The translations under genes were made by a program, and so were the position numbers. From the NCBI GenBank assembly GCA_030549845.1, contig JAUQQN010000002.1:90001-122000 (forward strand): a stretch of DNA of 32,000 nt, given 5' to 3'. The stretch is from Patescibacteria group bacterium (GTDB lineage Bacteria; Patescibacteriota; Minisyncoccia; UBA6257; HR35). The notes under the pieces were generated by a model. It was not told the origin of the DNA. It did not search any database and saw nothing but the letters and a program-made list of their open reading frames with translations. Positions 8,619 to 18,440 of this stretch are shown here, one piece after another (position 1 is the stretch's first letter; each line of letters begins with the position of its first letter).

Positions 8619-10136
8619 TTATGGTAAATTATAAAGCTTATTATATTTATTCTTGATATAAGATAAAAATGGTTCAGCAGAAAACTCTTTACCGCATATC
8701 TTTGAAATCAAATCCTTTGAAGGATAAGTTTTGCCATATTTGTGGATTTTTTCTTTTAACCAATTTTGAATTCTGAGTATACCATTTTCTTCTTTTAACA
8801 ATTCTTCTATTACCCCTAATTCATTTTGCAAAGCTTCTAACCACATTCCTGATAAAAATGTACCGAGAGAATAAGTTGGAAAATACCCTATTGCCCCCAT
8901 TGACCAATGAATATCTTGTAAAACCCCTTCTTTATCATTATCAACATCCACATCCAAATACTCTTTCATTTTTGCTCGCCAAATTTCTGGTAATTCATTA
9001 ACCTTAATTTTTTCTTCCAATAGCCCTTTTTCTAATTCAAATCTCAAAATAATATGAAAGTGATAAGTAACTTCATCTGCTTCAACTCTTATTTTTTCTG
9101 GTCTTACAATATTGAAATATAAAACAAAATCTTCAAATGAATATTTCTTTAAAAATAATAAAAATTCTTTTGCTTTTTCAAAAATTTTTGCTAAAAATAT
9201 TGGATTTCTTCCAATAATATTTTCCCAAAACCTTGATTGAGATTCATGAAAGGCATAAGATAGACCTCCTTGCAAAGGTGTAAATTTCAGTTCTGGATCA
9301 ACTTGAAGCTCATATAAAGAATGTCCAAATTCATGAATTGTTGCTGTTAAACTTCTACGAAAATCTTTTGGGTGATACCAGGTGGTTATTCGAACATCAT
9401 TTAAGGAAATAGCAGTTTCAAAGGGGTGAGGAGCAATATCCAATCGAGAGCGAGCAGGATTGAAATTTAGTAGACTTAATACATAATAATTCAATTTTTC
9501 CATTTGTTCTTTCTCATATTTCTCCTCTTCTAAAGGATGTTTTTCTTTATAAAATGGTGAGTTTCTTATTTGATTAAATAAATCTTTTAATGGTTTCTTT
9601 ATAACTTCAAAAAAGTTTTCAAAGTCCTTGGTTGTCCAACCTTCTTCAAATAAATCTATTAAAGCATCATATGGGTGTTCTTCATATCCTAAATATTCTG
9701 CTTTTTTCTTTATTAACTCAACAATTTTCTCCAAATGAGGTTTAAATTTTTCGAAATTGTTTTCTTTTTTAGCATTTCGCCAAATAATTTGAGCTTCGTT
9801 TGTTACTTTATTAAATTTTTCAATAAATTCATTTGGTAATTTTTCAATGATATTAATTTCTCTTTCCAAAACCCTTACTACACCTTTTTCATAATCATTT
9901 AACTTTTCTAAATTTTCTTTTGCTTTTTCTAATAACTTTTTCAATTTTTTATCTAAAATCAAGTTTTTAATAAGCAGATTAACCTTACCCAAAACAAACC
10001 CCCTGTCTTCCGCCGAGCTCTCTGGCATATAGGTATTTAAATCCCAATCAGCCAAAGATATCAAGCTTTCTAAAGAGCTTATATAATAATATTTGTTTAA
10101 AATATTTTTAATAATTTTATTTTGGAATTTCATCAA
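8619..10136 (-). CDS. Carboxypeptidase Taq-type metallopeptidase (family M32)
   Basis: 'HEFGHSLY' (HExxH), 'HESQSRFWEN' and 'DIHWSMGAIGYFPTYSLG' are the hallmark M32 motifs. Length is 505 aa. Confidence 0.9.
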   Translation of the reverse strand: MMKFQNKIIKNILNKYYYISSLESLISLADWDLNTYMPESSAEDRGFVLGKVNLLIKNLILDKKLKKLLEKAKENLEKLNDYEKGVVRVLEREINIIEKLPNEFIEKFNKVTNEAQIIWRNAKKENNFEKFKPHLEKIVELIKKKAEYLGYEEHPYDALIDLFEEGWTTKDFENFFEVIKKPLKDLFNQIRNSPFYKEKHPLEEEKYEKEQMEKLNYYVLSLLNFNPARSRLDIAPHPFETAISLNDVRITTWYHPKDFRRSLTATIHEFGHSLYELQVDPELKFTPLQGGLSYAFHESQSRFWENIIGRNPIFLAKIFEKAKEFLLFLKKYSFEDFVLYFNIVRPEKIRVEADEVTYHFHIILRFELEKGLLEEKIKVNELPEIWRAKMKEYLDVDVDNDKEGVLQDIHWSMGAIGYFPTYSLGTFLSGMWLEALQNELGVIEELLKEENGILRIQNWLKEKIHKYGKTYPSKDLISKICGKEFSAEPFLSYIKNKYNKLYNLP

Positions 10137-10154
10137 TTAATATTATATATAAAA

Positions 10155-11024
10155 ATGGAGCTTAAAAGATTTATATTAGAAAGTTTTTCCAATTATAAAT
10201 TTAAATTAGTCAAAATTAATGAACCGAGCAAAAATTTTTTAAATTTTGTAAAAAAACAAAAAATAAAAGAAAGTCTTTTTATTAATAGCTTAAAGGGAAT
10301 AGATGCAAATGAATTAGGGAATTTTATTTTTTTATTAAGAGTTTTAGATTTTATGCTTTGGAAATATCCTGAAAACTGGGAATTTAAAAACAGAAAAGGC
10401 TTTTATGGTTTATTAGAAAGAGTTAAGGTTTTATTTAAAAATGACTATAAAAATATTAAATTTAATGAGTTTAAAAAAATAATTTCTCCTAAAGAAGATT
10501 TAAATTTAGCAAAATTAAGATACAGACTTTTCAAAAAATCTATAAAGTGGTTAAAAGAAAATTTTGAGGGAGATTTTACTAATTATTTTGAAGAATATAA
10601 CAGTCCGTATGATTTTTCATTAAAGATTATCACCCTAGAGAAATTTAGCGATTATAATAAAAATTTTTATTTCTTAAAACCCAACCAGCTTTTATATTAT
10701 GAATTTATTCTAGCAAAATTTAGTTCCAAAAATGAGAAATTGGAAGAGTTAACGGTTTTTGCAGATCATAAGTTGTCACAAATTTTTATAAATTTTAATA
10801 TTTTAAAAATACCCCAAAATTATAATGATAGAATAAAAACTAGAAAGATTTTTAAAAACAAAAGTATATTTGAAAACGAAATACGAATTGCATCAATTAT
10901 TATAGGTGAAATTTTGAGTGAGCGTCTAAAAATCCCTTCTTATATTGTTGATAATTTATTATGGCATATTCCAGAGAAATTTTTAAAATTGCCTCCAATT
11001 AGAGTTAAAACAATATTTTATTGA
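10155..11024 (+). CDS. Queuosine salvage protein (DUF2419 / QNG1-like)
   Basis: 'LTVFADHKLSQIF...ENEIRIASIIIGEIL' resembles the DUF2419 'FADYRVPQ...EExEIRA' region. Length is ~290 aa, and the gene overlaps the tgt start by 1 nt. I prefer the start at ATG 10155 (MELKRF), because the track start at 10122 overlaps the divergent M32 gene. Confidence 0.6.
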   Translation: MELKRFILESFSNYKFKLVKINEPSKNFLNFVKKQKIKESLFINSLKGIDANELGNFIFLLRVLDFMLWKYPENWEFKNRKGFYGLLERVKVLFKNDYKNIKFNEFKKIISPKEDLNLAKLRYRLFKKSIKWLKENFEGDFTNYFEEYNSPYDFSLKIITLEKFSDYNKNFYFLKPNQLLYYEFILAKFSSKNEKLEELTVFADHKLSQIFINFNILKIPQNYNDRIKTRKIFKNKSIFENEIRIASIIIGEILSERLKIPSYIVDNLLWHIPEKFLKLPPIRVKTIFY

Positions 11025-12211
11025 TGTTTAGTTTTAATATTCTTAAAAAAGATAAAGAAACAAAAGCAAGGATTGGAATTTTAAGGACTCCTCATGGAAT
11101 TATTCATACACCAAATATAGCAATTGTTGCAACAAAAGGAAGTATTAGGGGTTTAAGCTTTGATAAAGCAAATAGATTTGGAGCGGAAATTTTTATGATA
11201 AATACATTCCACTTCTTTCATAATAATAGATATGAGATTGTAAAAAAATTTGGTGGATTACATAAATTTTTAAATATAAATTATCCTTTGATGACAGATA
11301 GTGGAGGATTTCAAATTTTTAGTTTGGGCTTTGGGATGGAACATGGAGTAGGTAAGGTAGCGGATATATTTCCAGAAGAGTCAAATATAAAAAATTTACC
11401 TATATCAAAGGGCAGGAATTTAGTAAAAGTTTATGAAGAAGGCGTAGAATTTATTTCACCATATAATGGAAGAAAAATTTTTTTGAGCCCTGAACTTTCT
11501 ATAAAAATTCAAAAGGCATTAAGAGCAGATATTATTTTTGCATTTGATGAATGTACTTCTCCGCTTTCTAGTTATGAGTACACAAAAGAAGCAATGCAAA
11601 GAACTCATAGATGGGCAACAAGATGTTTAGATGAATTTGGCAAACCAGAAAATCAAGTTATGTTTGGGATTGTACAAGGCGGAGAATATGAAGATTTACG
11701 AAAGGAATCCGCAAAATATATTAACTCTTTGAATTTTTTTGGTTATGGAATAGGTGGAAGTCTAGGAAAAAGTAAAAAAGATATAATAAAGGTCTTAAAT
11801 TGGACTATTCCTTTATTAGATGAAAACAAACCAAGGCATTTACTAGGAATTGGAGAGGTTGATGATATATTTAATTCAATTGAACAAGGAATAGATTTAT
11901 TTGACTGCGTAATCCCTACACGTTGGGCAAGACATGGTGCTGCTTTTAGTTATAAGGGGAGACTTAATTTAAAATCTAGTAAATATTTAAATGATAAAAG
12001 ACCGATTGATCCTAAGTGTAAATGTAATATTTGCAAGAAATATTCTAAGGCTTACATTTCACATTTATTAAAAGAAAAAGAGATATTTGGAATAATTTTA
12101 TTAACCGAGCATAATATATTCTGGATTTTAAACCTATTCAAAGAAATAAGACAGGCAATAAAAGAAAATAAGTTTTTAGACCTTAAAAAAAGAATATTAA
12201 AATACTGGTAA
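11024..12211 (+). CDS. tgt: tRNA-guanine transglycosylase (queuine/preQ1 tRNA-ribosyltransferase)
   Basis: 'MTDSGGFQ', 'AFDECTS', 'GIDLFDCVIPTR', and the Zn site 'CKCNICKKYSKAYISHL'. ATG 11024 overlaps the upstream TGA (TGATG). Confidence 0.93.
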   Translation: MFSFNILKKDKETKARIGILRTPHGIIHTPNIAIVATKGSIRGLSFDKANRFGAEIFMINTFHFFHNNRYEIVKKFGGLHKFLNINYPLMTDSGGFQIFSLGFGMEHGVGKVADIFPEESNIKNLPISKGRNLVKVYEEGVEFISPYNGRKIFLSPELSIKIQKALRADIIFAFDECTSPLSSYEYTKEAMQRTHRWATRCLDEFGKPENQVMFGIVQGGEYEDLRKESAKYINSLNFFGYGIGGSLGKSKKDIIKVLNWTIPLLDENKPRHLLGIGEVDDIFNSIEQGIDLFDCVIPTRWARHGAAFSYKGRLNLKSSKYLNDKRPIDPKCKCNICKKYSKAYISHLLKEKEIFGIILLTEHNIFWILNLFKEIRQAIKENKFLDLKKRILKYW

Positions 12212-12216
12212 TTAGC

Positions 12217-13848
12217 CTATTTTACACTCATTTTAATAAATTCTACAAAAAGAGGATGGGGGTGCATAAATCTAGATTTAAATTCCGGATGAAATTGAGT
12301 TCCTAAAAAGAATGGGTGGATTTTTTGAGAAAGTTCTATTATTTCCACCAAAAGGCCATTTTTTGAAATTCCTGAGAAAATTATCCCATTTTTTTGCAAA
12401 ATTTTATAAAACGTTGGGTTCACCTCATAACGATGTCTGTGTCTTTCAAAAACTTTTTCTTTTTTATATGCTTTATAGGCAATTGTTCCTTTTTTAATTT
12501 GGCATTCCCAATTACCAAGCCTCATAGTTCCCCCATATAACTTCTCTTTTAATAATTTTTTCTGTTCTTCTAAAATATCAATTACAGGATATTTTGTTTT
12601 TGGGTTAACTTCTGTTGTATGAGCCCCTTTCAAGCCGCAAACATTTCTTGCAAATTCAACAATCATAAGTTGTAAACCATAGCATAATCCAAAAATTGGT
12701 ATTTTATTTTCCCTACAATATTCTATTGCTAAAATTTTTCCTTCTACTCCACGTGAACCAAAACCCCCTGGTATAATTACTCCATTAAAATTTTTTAATT
12801 CTTCTAATTTATCTTTATTTTTTTCATATTCTTCTGAATTAATCCAATATATCAAAGGTTTAAAACCTAAGCTCCAGCTTGCATGTTTTACTGCTTCAAT
12901 TACAGAAATATAAGCATCCGCTAAGACAAAGTTCCCACTTTTAAAATATTTCCCTACTATTCCAATTTTTACTTCTTTGTTTAGATTTTGTATTTTATTA
13001 ATTTCTTTATTCCAGATTTTTTTCTCTAAATTGTTTTTCTTTTTAGGTTTTAAATTTAATTTTTTTAAAATTTTTAAACCAAGTTTTTCTTTTTCAAAGT
13101 TAAGAGGTATTTTATAAATTAACTTTTCATCAGGAGCAGAAATTATATCTTCTTTATTCATATTACAATTAAATGCTATCTTTTCTCTTCTTGGCTCATC
13201 TAAAGGTTTTATTGCCCTTGCTAAAACAAAATCTGGTTGAAGGCCCGCAGAGTTTAGAGTTCTTATAGCATATTGTGTTGGTTTTGTTTTTAGCTCCATA
13301 TCTTCTCCTTGATAAGGTAAATAACTTACTAATATTAGGAGCACATCTTTTGGTTTTTGAAGCTTTAAAATTCTGACTGCTTCTAAAAATAAAAGGTTTT
13401 GATATTCTCCAACGGTGCCGCCTATTTCAGTAATTACAATATCAGATTTAGTTAATTTTTGTGCTTGGTTTATTTTTTCAATAACTTCTAATGGTACATG
13501 AGGCACAACTTCTACACATTTACCGTCAAAATATAAACTTCTTTCTTTTTGAATTAGAGACAAATAAACACTTCCTGTAGTCATATAATTTGCTTTTGTA
13601 AGTTCTGTATTTAAAAATCTTTCATAATGACCCATATCTTGATCACACTCTGTTCCATCTTTTAAAACAAAAACTTCTCCATGTTCAATAGGGTTCATTG
13701 TTCCAGCATCCACATTAACATAAGGATCAATTTTTATACAGGTAGTTCGATAACCATACCAAGATAAAATTTTAGCAATTGAAGCAGCTGCTACACCTTT
13801 CCCTACTCCTGACATTACTCCGCCGCAAACGAAAATATATTTTGCCAT
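12217..13848 (-). CDS. pyrG: CTP synthase
   Basis: 'KYIFVCGGVMSGVGKG' N-terminus, glutaminase triad region 'GLCYGLQ', 'HRHRYEVN'. Length is 543 aa. Confidence 0.97.
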   Translation of the reverse strand: MAKYIFVCGGVMSGVGKGVAAASIAKILSWYGYRTTCIKIDPYVNVDAGTMNPIEHGEVFVLKDGTECDQDMGHYERFLNTELTKANYMTTGSVYLSLIQKERSLYFDGKCVEVVPHVPLEVIEKINQAQKLTKSDIVITEIGGTVGEYQNLLFLEAVRILKLQKPKDVLLILVSYLPYQGEDMELKTKPTQYAIRTLNSAGLQPDFVLARAIKPLDEPRREKIAFNCNMNKEDIISAPDEKLIYKIPLNFEKEKLGLKILKKLNLKPKKKNNLEKKIWNKEINKIQNLNKEVKIGIVGKYFKSGNFVLADAYISVIEAVKHASWSLGFKPLIYWINSEEYEKNKDKLEELKNFNGVIIPGGFGSRGVEGKILAIEYCRENKIPIFGLCYGLQLMIVEFARNVCGLKGAHTTEVNPKTKYPVIDILEEQKKLLKEKLYGGTMRLGNWECQIKKGTIAYKAYKKEKVFERHRHRYEVNPTFYKILQKNGIIFSGISKNGLLVEIIELSQKIHPFFLGTQFHPEFKSRFMHPHPLFVEFIKMSVK

Positions 13849-13966
13849 TTTACATAAAAATTTATTTTAATTATTTTAAAATTATTAACTTTAAAAATTA
13901 AACCTTTAAATTTTACTTTGTTTTACTTTAATTTTTTTTAATTTACTTTAAAAGATAACTTAAATT

Positions 13967-14887
13967 TTAATTGAAATAATAATCTAATAAATTTTTCCAA
14001 TTTGACCCTATAATTAATTCATAAAACCATCCCATTGGGATGAAACCAACAAGAAATTTAATAAAATGAGCTAAAGGTTCTGTATAAATATCAATTAATT
14101 TCTCGAAAAAGCTTTTAAAAAGATTATCTAATAAAGCAATAACATCTTGATTTGTTAAAATTAAAAACACTAAAATGACAACAAACGCACTATTAACTAA
14201 GAAGAGAATAATAATTTTAATTAAAATTCTAGAAACTGCTTGATTTTCTTTTTTATCTAAAGGTCCTATAAACAAATAAAATAACAGATTAAATAGGTAA
14301 TAAAAAATACCAGAAATTAAAAAAATTATAGGTATATAACTAAAGGTTATGATAGTTATAAATGCTGCAAATTTATAAAGTGGATCTAATATTAATAGAG
14401 ACTTCTGCCAAAGTTTATTTATCTCATCACTAATATAAGTAAAAATATATATACTTAAGCTAATCGACATAACTAAGTATGCAGCGAGAAAAATAAAAGA
14501 AGCTATAAAGCATTTTAATTTAAGCGTCCATTCAATTTTTTTATATTCACGTCTCAAAATTATTTTACAAGTTTGGTTGAAGTTCCATCCAAGAAATTTT
14601 TCAGGAAATAGTTGGGCCATCATGAAATTAAGGAAGAAAATAAATAAAGATAGAATTATAACTTTATATACTACTAAAAAAGGTAAATTATGTATGTGTA
14701 AAAGGAAAATTACAAAAACATAAAATGCAAATAAACTTAAAATACCCAAAATTATTGCATATCTCCAAAAAATTAAAAAACTTAAAATATATTTAAAAAA
14801 ATTTTTAAACCCTATAAGTATTTCTAAATTTTTATTTTTCATCATTAAAATATACTCTTTTTTCAAATAGTATATATATTTTAACAA
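13967..14887 (-). CDS. Hypothetical polytopic membrane protein
   Basis: 306 aa with at least 6 long hydrophobic segments. No recognisable motif. Confidence 0.55.
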   Translation of the reverse strand: MLKYIYYLKKEYILMMKNKNLEILIGFKNFFKYILSFLIFWRYAIILGILSLFAFYVFVIFLLHIHNLPFLVVYKVIILSLFIFFLNFMMAQLFPEKFLGWNFNQTCKIILRREYKKIEWTLKLKCFIASFIFLAAYLVMSISLSIYIFTYISDEINKLWQKSLLILDPLYKFAAFITIITFSYIPIIFLISGIFYYLFNLLFYLFIGPLDKKENQAVSRILIKIIILFLVNSAFVVILVFLILTNQDVIALLDNLFKSFFEKLIDIYTEPLAHFIKFLVGFIPMGWFYELIIGSNWKNLLDYYFN

Positions 14888-15096
14888 ATGAATTAAAAAT
14901 TGAAGGTTTTTATTATTATTATTATTTTAAATAGAAATTTGTAATTAATTGCCAATTAAGCAACCTGCAATTATGAAATTAATTTTTAAAATATATTAAT
15001 AAAAAGTAGGGTTGCTAAATTATTAATTTTATTTTTAAAATATTTTGTATATTTTCTATAAAGTAAATTTATCAACAAAAGTTAAACCTTGAGATT

Positions 15097-17712
15097 TTAC
15101 TTTATTTTTGTCTTTAAATATTTATAAATCTCACTAATTAAAATAACTATTGCGCTTAATAAAAAAAGGACAAGAAATTCAAAAAAGGTAATCTCTGCAA
15201 AACCAAAGATATTTCTCAAAAATTGGTTAAATATTGCTAAATACTGTAAAATCAAAGAAATTAAAATTCCTAATAATATGTAACGGTTTAATTTAAAACT
15301 TAATGTAAATATACTTCTATTTAAAGAACGGAGATTTAAAGCATTATAAATTTGAGTAAAACTCATAACTAAAAATGCGTAAGTTCGTGCTTTTTCTAAA
15401 TTTATTAAATATTCATAACTAAATATTGAAACTGTTAAAATCATCATTACGCTTGCCATTATTATTAAAAAGGGAAGTACATCTAAATTAATTAAGGATT
15501 CCTTTGGATTTCTTGGCTTAGTTTTAAGCTCATAACCATGTTCTTTTTCAAAAACTAAAGAAGTGCCTACTAAAGTGTCTGTTACAAAATTCAAAAACAG
15601 AATGTGGGTCGGTTTTAAAATAAATGGATAGCCTAAAATCAAAGAACTTAAAATAGTTAAATCTTCAGCTACATTAGTTGTTATTAGGAAAAAAACTATT
15701 CTTTTGAGGTTATTAAATATTTTTCTTCCTTCAATAAATCCATAAAGCAAATTTTCAAGATTGTCATCTAATAAAATAATGTCACTTGCTGATTTTGCTA
15801 TATCTGAACCACGCTTCCCCATGCAAATACCAACTTCTGCTTTTTTCAAACCTAAAACATCATTTACGCCATCTCCAATATAAGCAACTGAATATCCTAA
15901 TTTTTGATAAGCTTCTAAAATCTTTAATTTAGTTTCTGGAGTAACCCTGGCAAAAATATAAGTATTTTTTATTTTTTCAAGTAACTCTTTTTCTGTTAAA
16001 TTTCCAATTTCTTGCTGATCTAGTGTGCTTAAGTTTTCAAAACCAACTTCTTTAGCAATATAAATAGCAGTCGCTTTATGATCACCAGTTAAAATTCGTA
16101 TATCAACTCCTGCTTCTTTTAATTTTTTGATAGTTTCCTTAACCAATTTTTTAGGTGGATCGTAAAAAGCAATTAGTCCTACAAAAATTAAATTTTCTTC
16201 TTTTTCTCCTTCATTAAAGGCAACAGCTAGTACTGAAAATCCATTTTCTGCATATTTTAGAGCTTGATTAAAGATATCTTCTTTATTTTCAAATTCTATA
16301 ACCCCATCATGAGTCAAAATAAAATCACAATCTTTAATAATTTTTTCAAAGGCTCCTAGATAATAAGACTCAACTCTTTCATGCTCGACAATTGCTCTTT
16401 TATATTTTTTAACTCTTGAAAATGGTTCTCTTTTTTTAATTTTTTCAACGGCTAAAATATTTTCTCTTTTAATCTTTGCTTTTTCTAACAAAATAAGCAG
16501 AGCAATATCTCTTGGATTTCCTTTAAGCTTAATCTCTTCTCCTTTAATTATTTCACCCTCTATTAAAATTGCTGAAATATTTAAAAGTTTAATTAAAGGA
16601 TAATTTTCTAAAATATTTATTTCTTTGCCATTCTTTAAAAATTTACCATCGAAACTCAAAGCTTCGCCAGTAACTTCAATCTCTTCATTATTAACAAAAA
16701 TTTTCCTTACTGTCATTACACCCTCTGTTAAAGTACCAGTCTTATCAGAAAGTAAAAGATTAATAACCGATAGATTTTCTGTAGCTTTTAAATTTTTTAC
16801 CAAAACATTTTTTTTATGTAAATCATATGCACTAATTACTAAAAGAATACTAATAATCACCGGTAAACCCTCAGGAATTGATGAGACAAAAGATGACAAT
16901 ACGAAAAGTAAAGATTCTGACCATAAATAATTTCTTCGGAAAGAGAAATAAAAAATAAATATTGAAGTCAAAAGAGCAATCAAAAGCATTCTTAAAATCA
17001 AGTCTTTAGAAAGTTTTTCGAAATGAGGGGTAAAGCTTTCAATCTCTTTAAATTTCTTGTAAATTTTTCCTAAATAAGTATTTAACGAAGTTGCTATTAC
17101 AATTCCCCTGCCCTTCCCTTCAACAACATAGCTTCCCATAAAACCAATATTTTTCATTTCTGAAATTTGAACATTTTCTGGTAAAACTTTTGTATCTTTT
17201 TCAATTGGCAATGATTCGCCTGTTAAAATAGACTCATCAATCCTCAAATTTTCAACTTCAAAAAATCTCAAATCAGCAGGTAAAATATCTCCTTCTTCAA
17301 CTAAAATAATATCACCTGGGACAATATTTTCACTCTCAATTTCTTTAATTTCACCATCTCTTAAAACTTTTGCCCGTGGTTTAAATAGTTGTTTTAATTT
17401 TTCTAAGGTTTTTTCTGTTCTCAATTCAAAAACAAAACCAATAAAAGCATTAACTAAAATTATGAAAAGTATAACAGCTGAGTCATAATATTTTTGAAGA
17501 GATATTGTTAATAATAAAGCAAAAAATAATACTATATTAAAAATATTTTTAAATTGTTTCAAAAATAAAAACGTAATAGATTTTCTTTCTTCTGGTAATT
17601 TATTCTTTCCAAATTTTTTTAGTCTTTTATTTGCTTCTTCTTCGGAAAGGCCGTCTAATGAAGTGTTTAATTGTTCAATAACTTTTTCTATATTTAAAGT
17701 ATGGGCATTCAT
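15097..17712 (-). CDS. Cation-transporting P-type ATPase (type II, Ca2+/Mg2+-like)
   Basis: 'TGESLP', phosphorylation site 'DKTGTLT', 'TGDHKATA', 'GDGVNDV'. Length is 871 aa with N- and C-terminal TM bundles. Confidence 0.93.
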   Translation of the reverse strand: MNAHTLNIEKVIEQLNTSLDGLSEEEANKRLKKFGKNKLPEERKSITFLFLKQFKNIFNIVLFFALLLTISLQKYYDSAVILFIILVNAFIGFVFELRTEKTLEKLKQLFKPRAKVLRDGEIKEIESENIVPGDIILVEEGDILPADLRFFEVENLRIDESILTGESLPIEKDTKVLPENVQISEMKNIGFMGSYVVEGKGRGIVIATSLNTYLGKIYKKFKEIESFTPHFEKLSKDLILRMLLIALLTSIFIFYFSFRRNYLWSESLLFVLSSFVSSIPEGLPVIISILLVISAYDLHKKNVLVKNLKATENLSVINLLLSDKTGTLTEGVMTVRKIFVNNEEIEVTGEALSFDGKFLKNGKEINILENYPLIKLLNISAILIEGEIIKGEEIKLKGNPRDIALLILLEKAKIKRENILAVEKIKKREPFSRVKKYKRAIVEHERVESYYLGAFEKIIKDCDFILTHDGVIEFENKEDIFNQALKYAENGFSVLAVAFNEGEKEENLIFVGLIAFYDPPKKLVKETIKKLKEAGVDIRILTGDHKATAIYIAKEVGFENLSTLDQQEIGNLTEKELLEKIKNTYIFARVTPETKLKILEAYQKLGYSVAYIGDGVNDVLGLKKAEVGICMGKRGSDIAKSASDIILLDDNLENLLYGFIEGRKIFNNLKRIVFFLITTNVAEDLTILSSLILGYPFILKPTHILFLNFVTDTLVGTSLVFEKEHGYELKTKPRNPKESLINLDVLPFLIIMASVMMILTVSIFSYEYLINLEKARTYAFLVMSFTQIYNALNLRSLNRSIFTLSFKLNRYILLGILISLILQYLAIFNQFLRNIFGFAEITFFEFLVLFLLSAIVILISEIYKYLKTKIK

Positions 17713-17737
17713 TTTTCAAATTATAATTTATATAAAA

Positions 17738-18334
17738 ATGAAAATCAATAGAAAAATTCTAAAAAAGATAAAAAAAGAAATAAGAAAATTCAAAAAATTA
17801 ACAAAAAAAGAGAATCTATTTAAAGAAATGTCTTTTTGTATTTTAGTAGCAAATAATAACTTAGAAAAAACATATAAAATATGGAAAAGCATAAAAGACA
17901 ATCTTATTTCCTATAATTACAAATCCCTTTCAAGGATATTAAAAAAATCAGGTTATAGATTTTATAATACTAGAGCAAAATATATCATAGAAAATAAAAA
18001 TAAAATTAATGATGTTTTGAGGGTTTTAAATTCACAAAATGAAAATTACGTAAGAAACTGGTTGGTAAAGAACATCAAAGGGTTTGGATATAAAGAAGCT
18101 AGTCATTTTTTAAGAAATATAGGCTATAGAAATTTTGCTATCTTGGATAGACATATTTTAAGGTTTTTATTTGATAAAAAAATAATTAAGGAAATTCCGA
18201 AAAATTTGACTAAAAAGAAATATGTAGAAATAGAAAATAAATTAAAACAAATAGCAAAAAAGAATAATTTAACCTTGGCTGAATTAGATATGTATATATT
18301 TTACTTACAAACAAATAAAATCCCTATTAAATAA
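17738..18334 (+). CDS. ogg: 8-oxoguanine DNA glycosylase/AP lyase, archaeal Ogg2-type (HhH-GPD)
   Basis: 'GFGYKEASHFLRNIGYRNFAILDRHIL' is the Ogg2 HhH/catalytic Lys-Asp region. I prefer the start at ATG 17738 (MKINRK), because the track start at 17663 overlaps the ATPase gene. Confidence 0.85.
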   Translation: MKINRKILKKIKKEIRKFKKLTKKENLFKEMSFCILVANNNLEKTYKIWKSIKDNLISYNYKSLSRILKKSGYRFYNTRAKYIIENKNKINDVLRVLNSQNENYVRNWLVKNIKGFGYKEASHFLRNIGYRNFAILDRHILRFLFDKKIIKEIPKNLTKKKYVEIENKLKQIAKKNNLTLAELDMYIFYLQTNKIPIK

Positions 18335-18440
18335 AAAAAATTAGGTAACAGCTAAAAACTATCTTTTTAACACGTTTTTTGGGATTTTCTATGTATAAAT
18401 TTTTAAAAATAAGGGGAATGATTAAAAAAATTTAAAATAT

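Noticed and set aside
13897-15117. A ~30-40 nt similarity (TTAAACCTTnnnATTTTACTTTnTTTT...) on both sides of the 13967-14887 membrane gene, suggesting a repeat-flanked cassette.
   Set aside because: The right-hand copy overlaps the last codons and the stop of the P-type ATPase gene. The match is dominated by T and A runs. There is no compositional or synteny evidence that the gene is mobile. I mention it only within the TTTACTTT observation.
5019-17737. Track start codons at 5019 (GTG), 10122 (ATG) and 17663 (ATG).
   Set aside because: Start 5019 falls inside the Shine-Dalgarno sequence that serves ATG 5028. Starts 10122 and 17663 would overlap the divergent or adjacent genes and add non-conserved leaders. 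The internal ATGs at 10155 and 17738 give N-termini that fit the families better.
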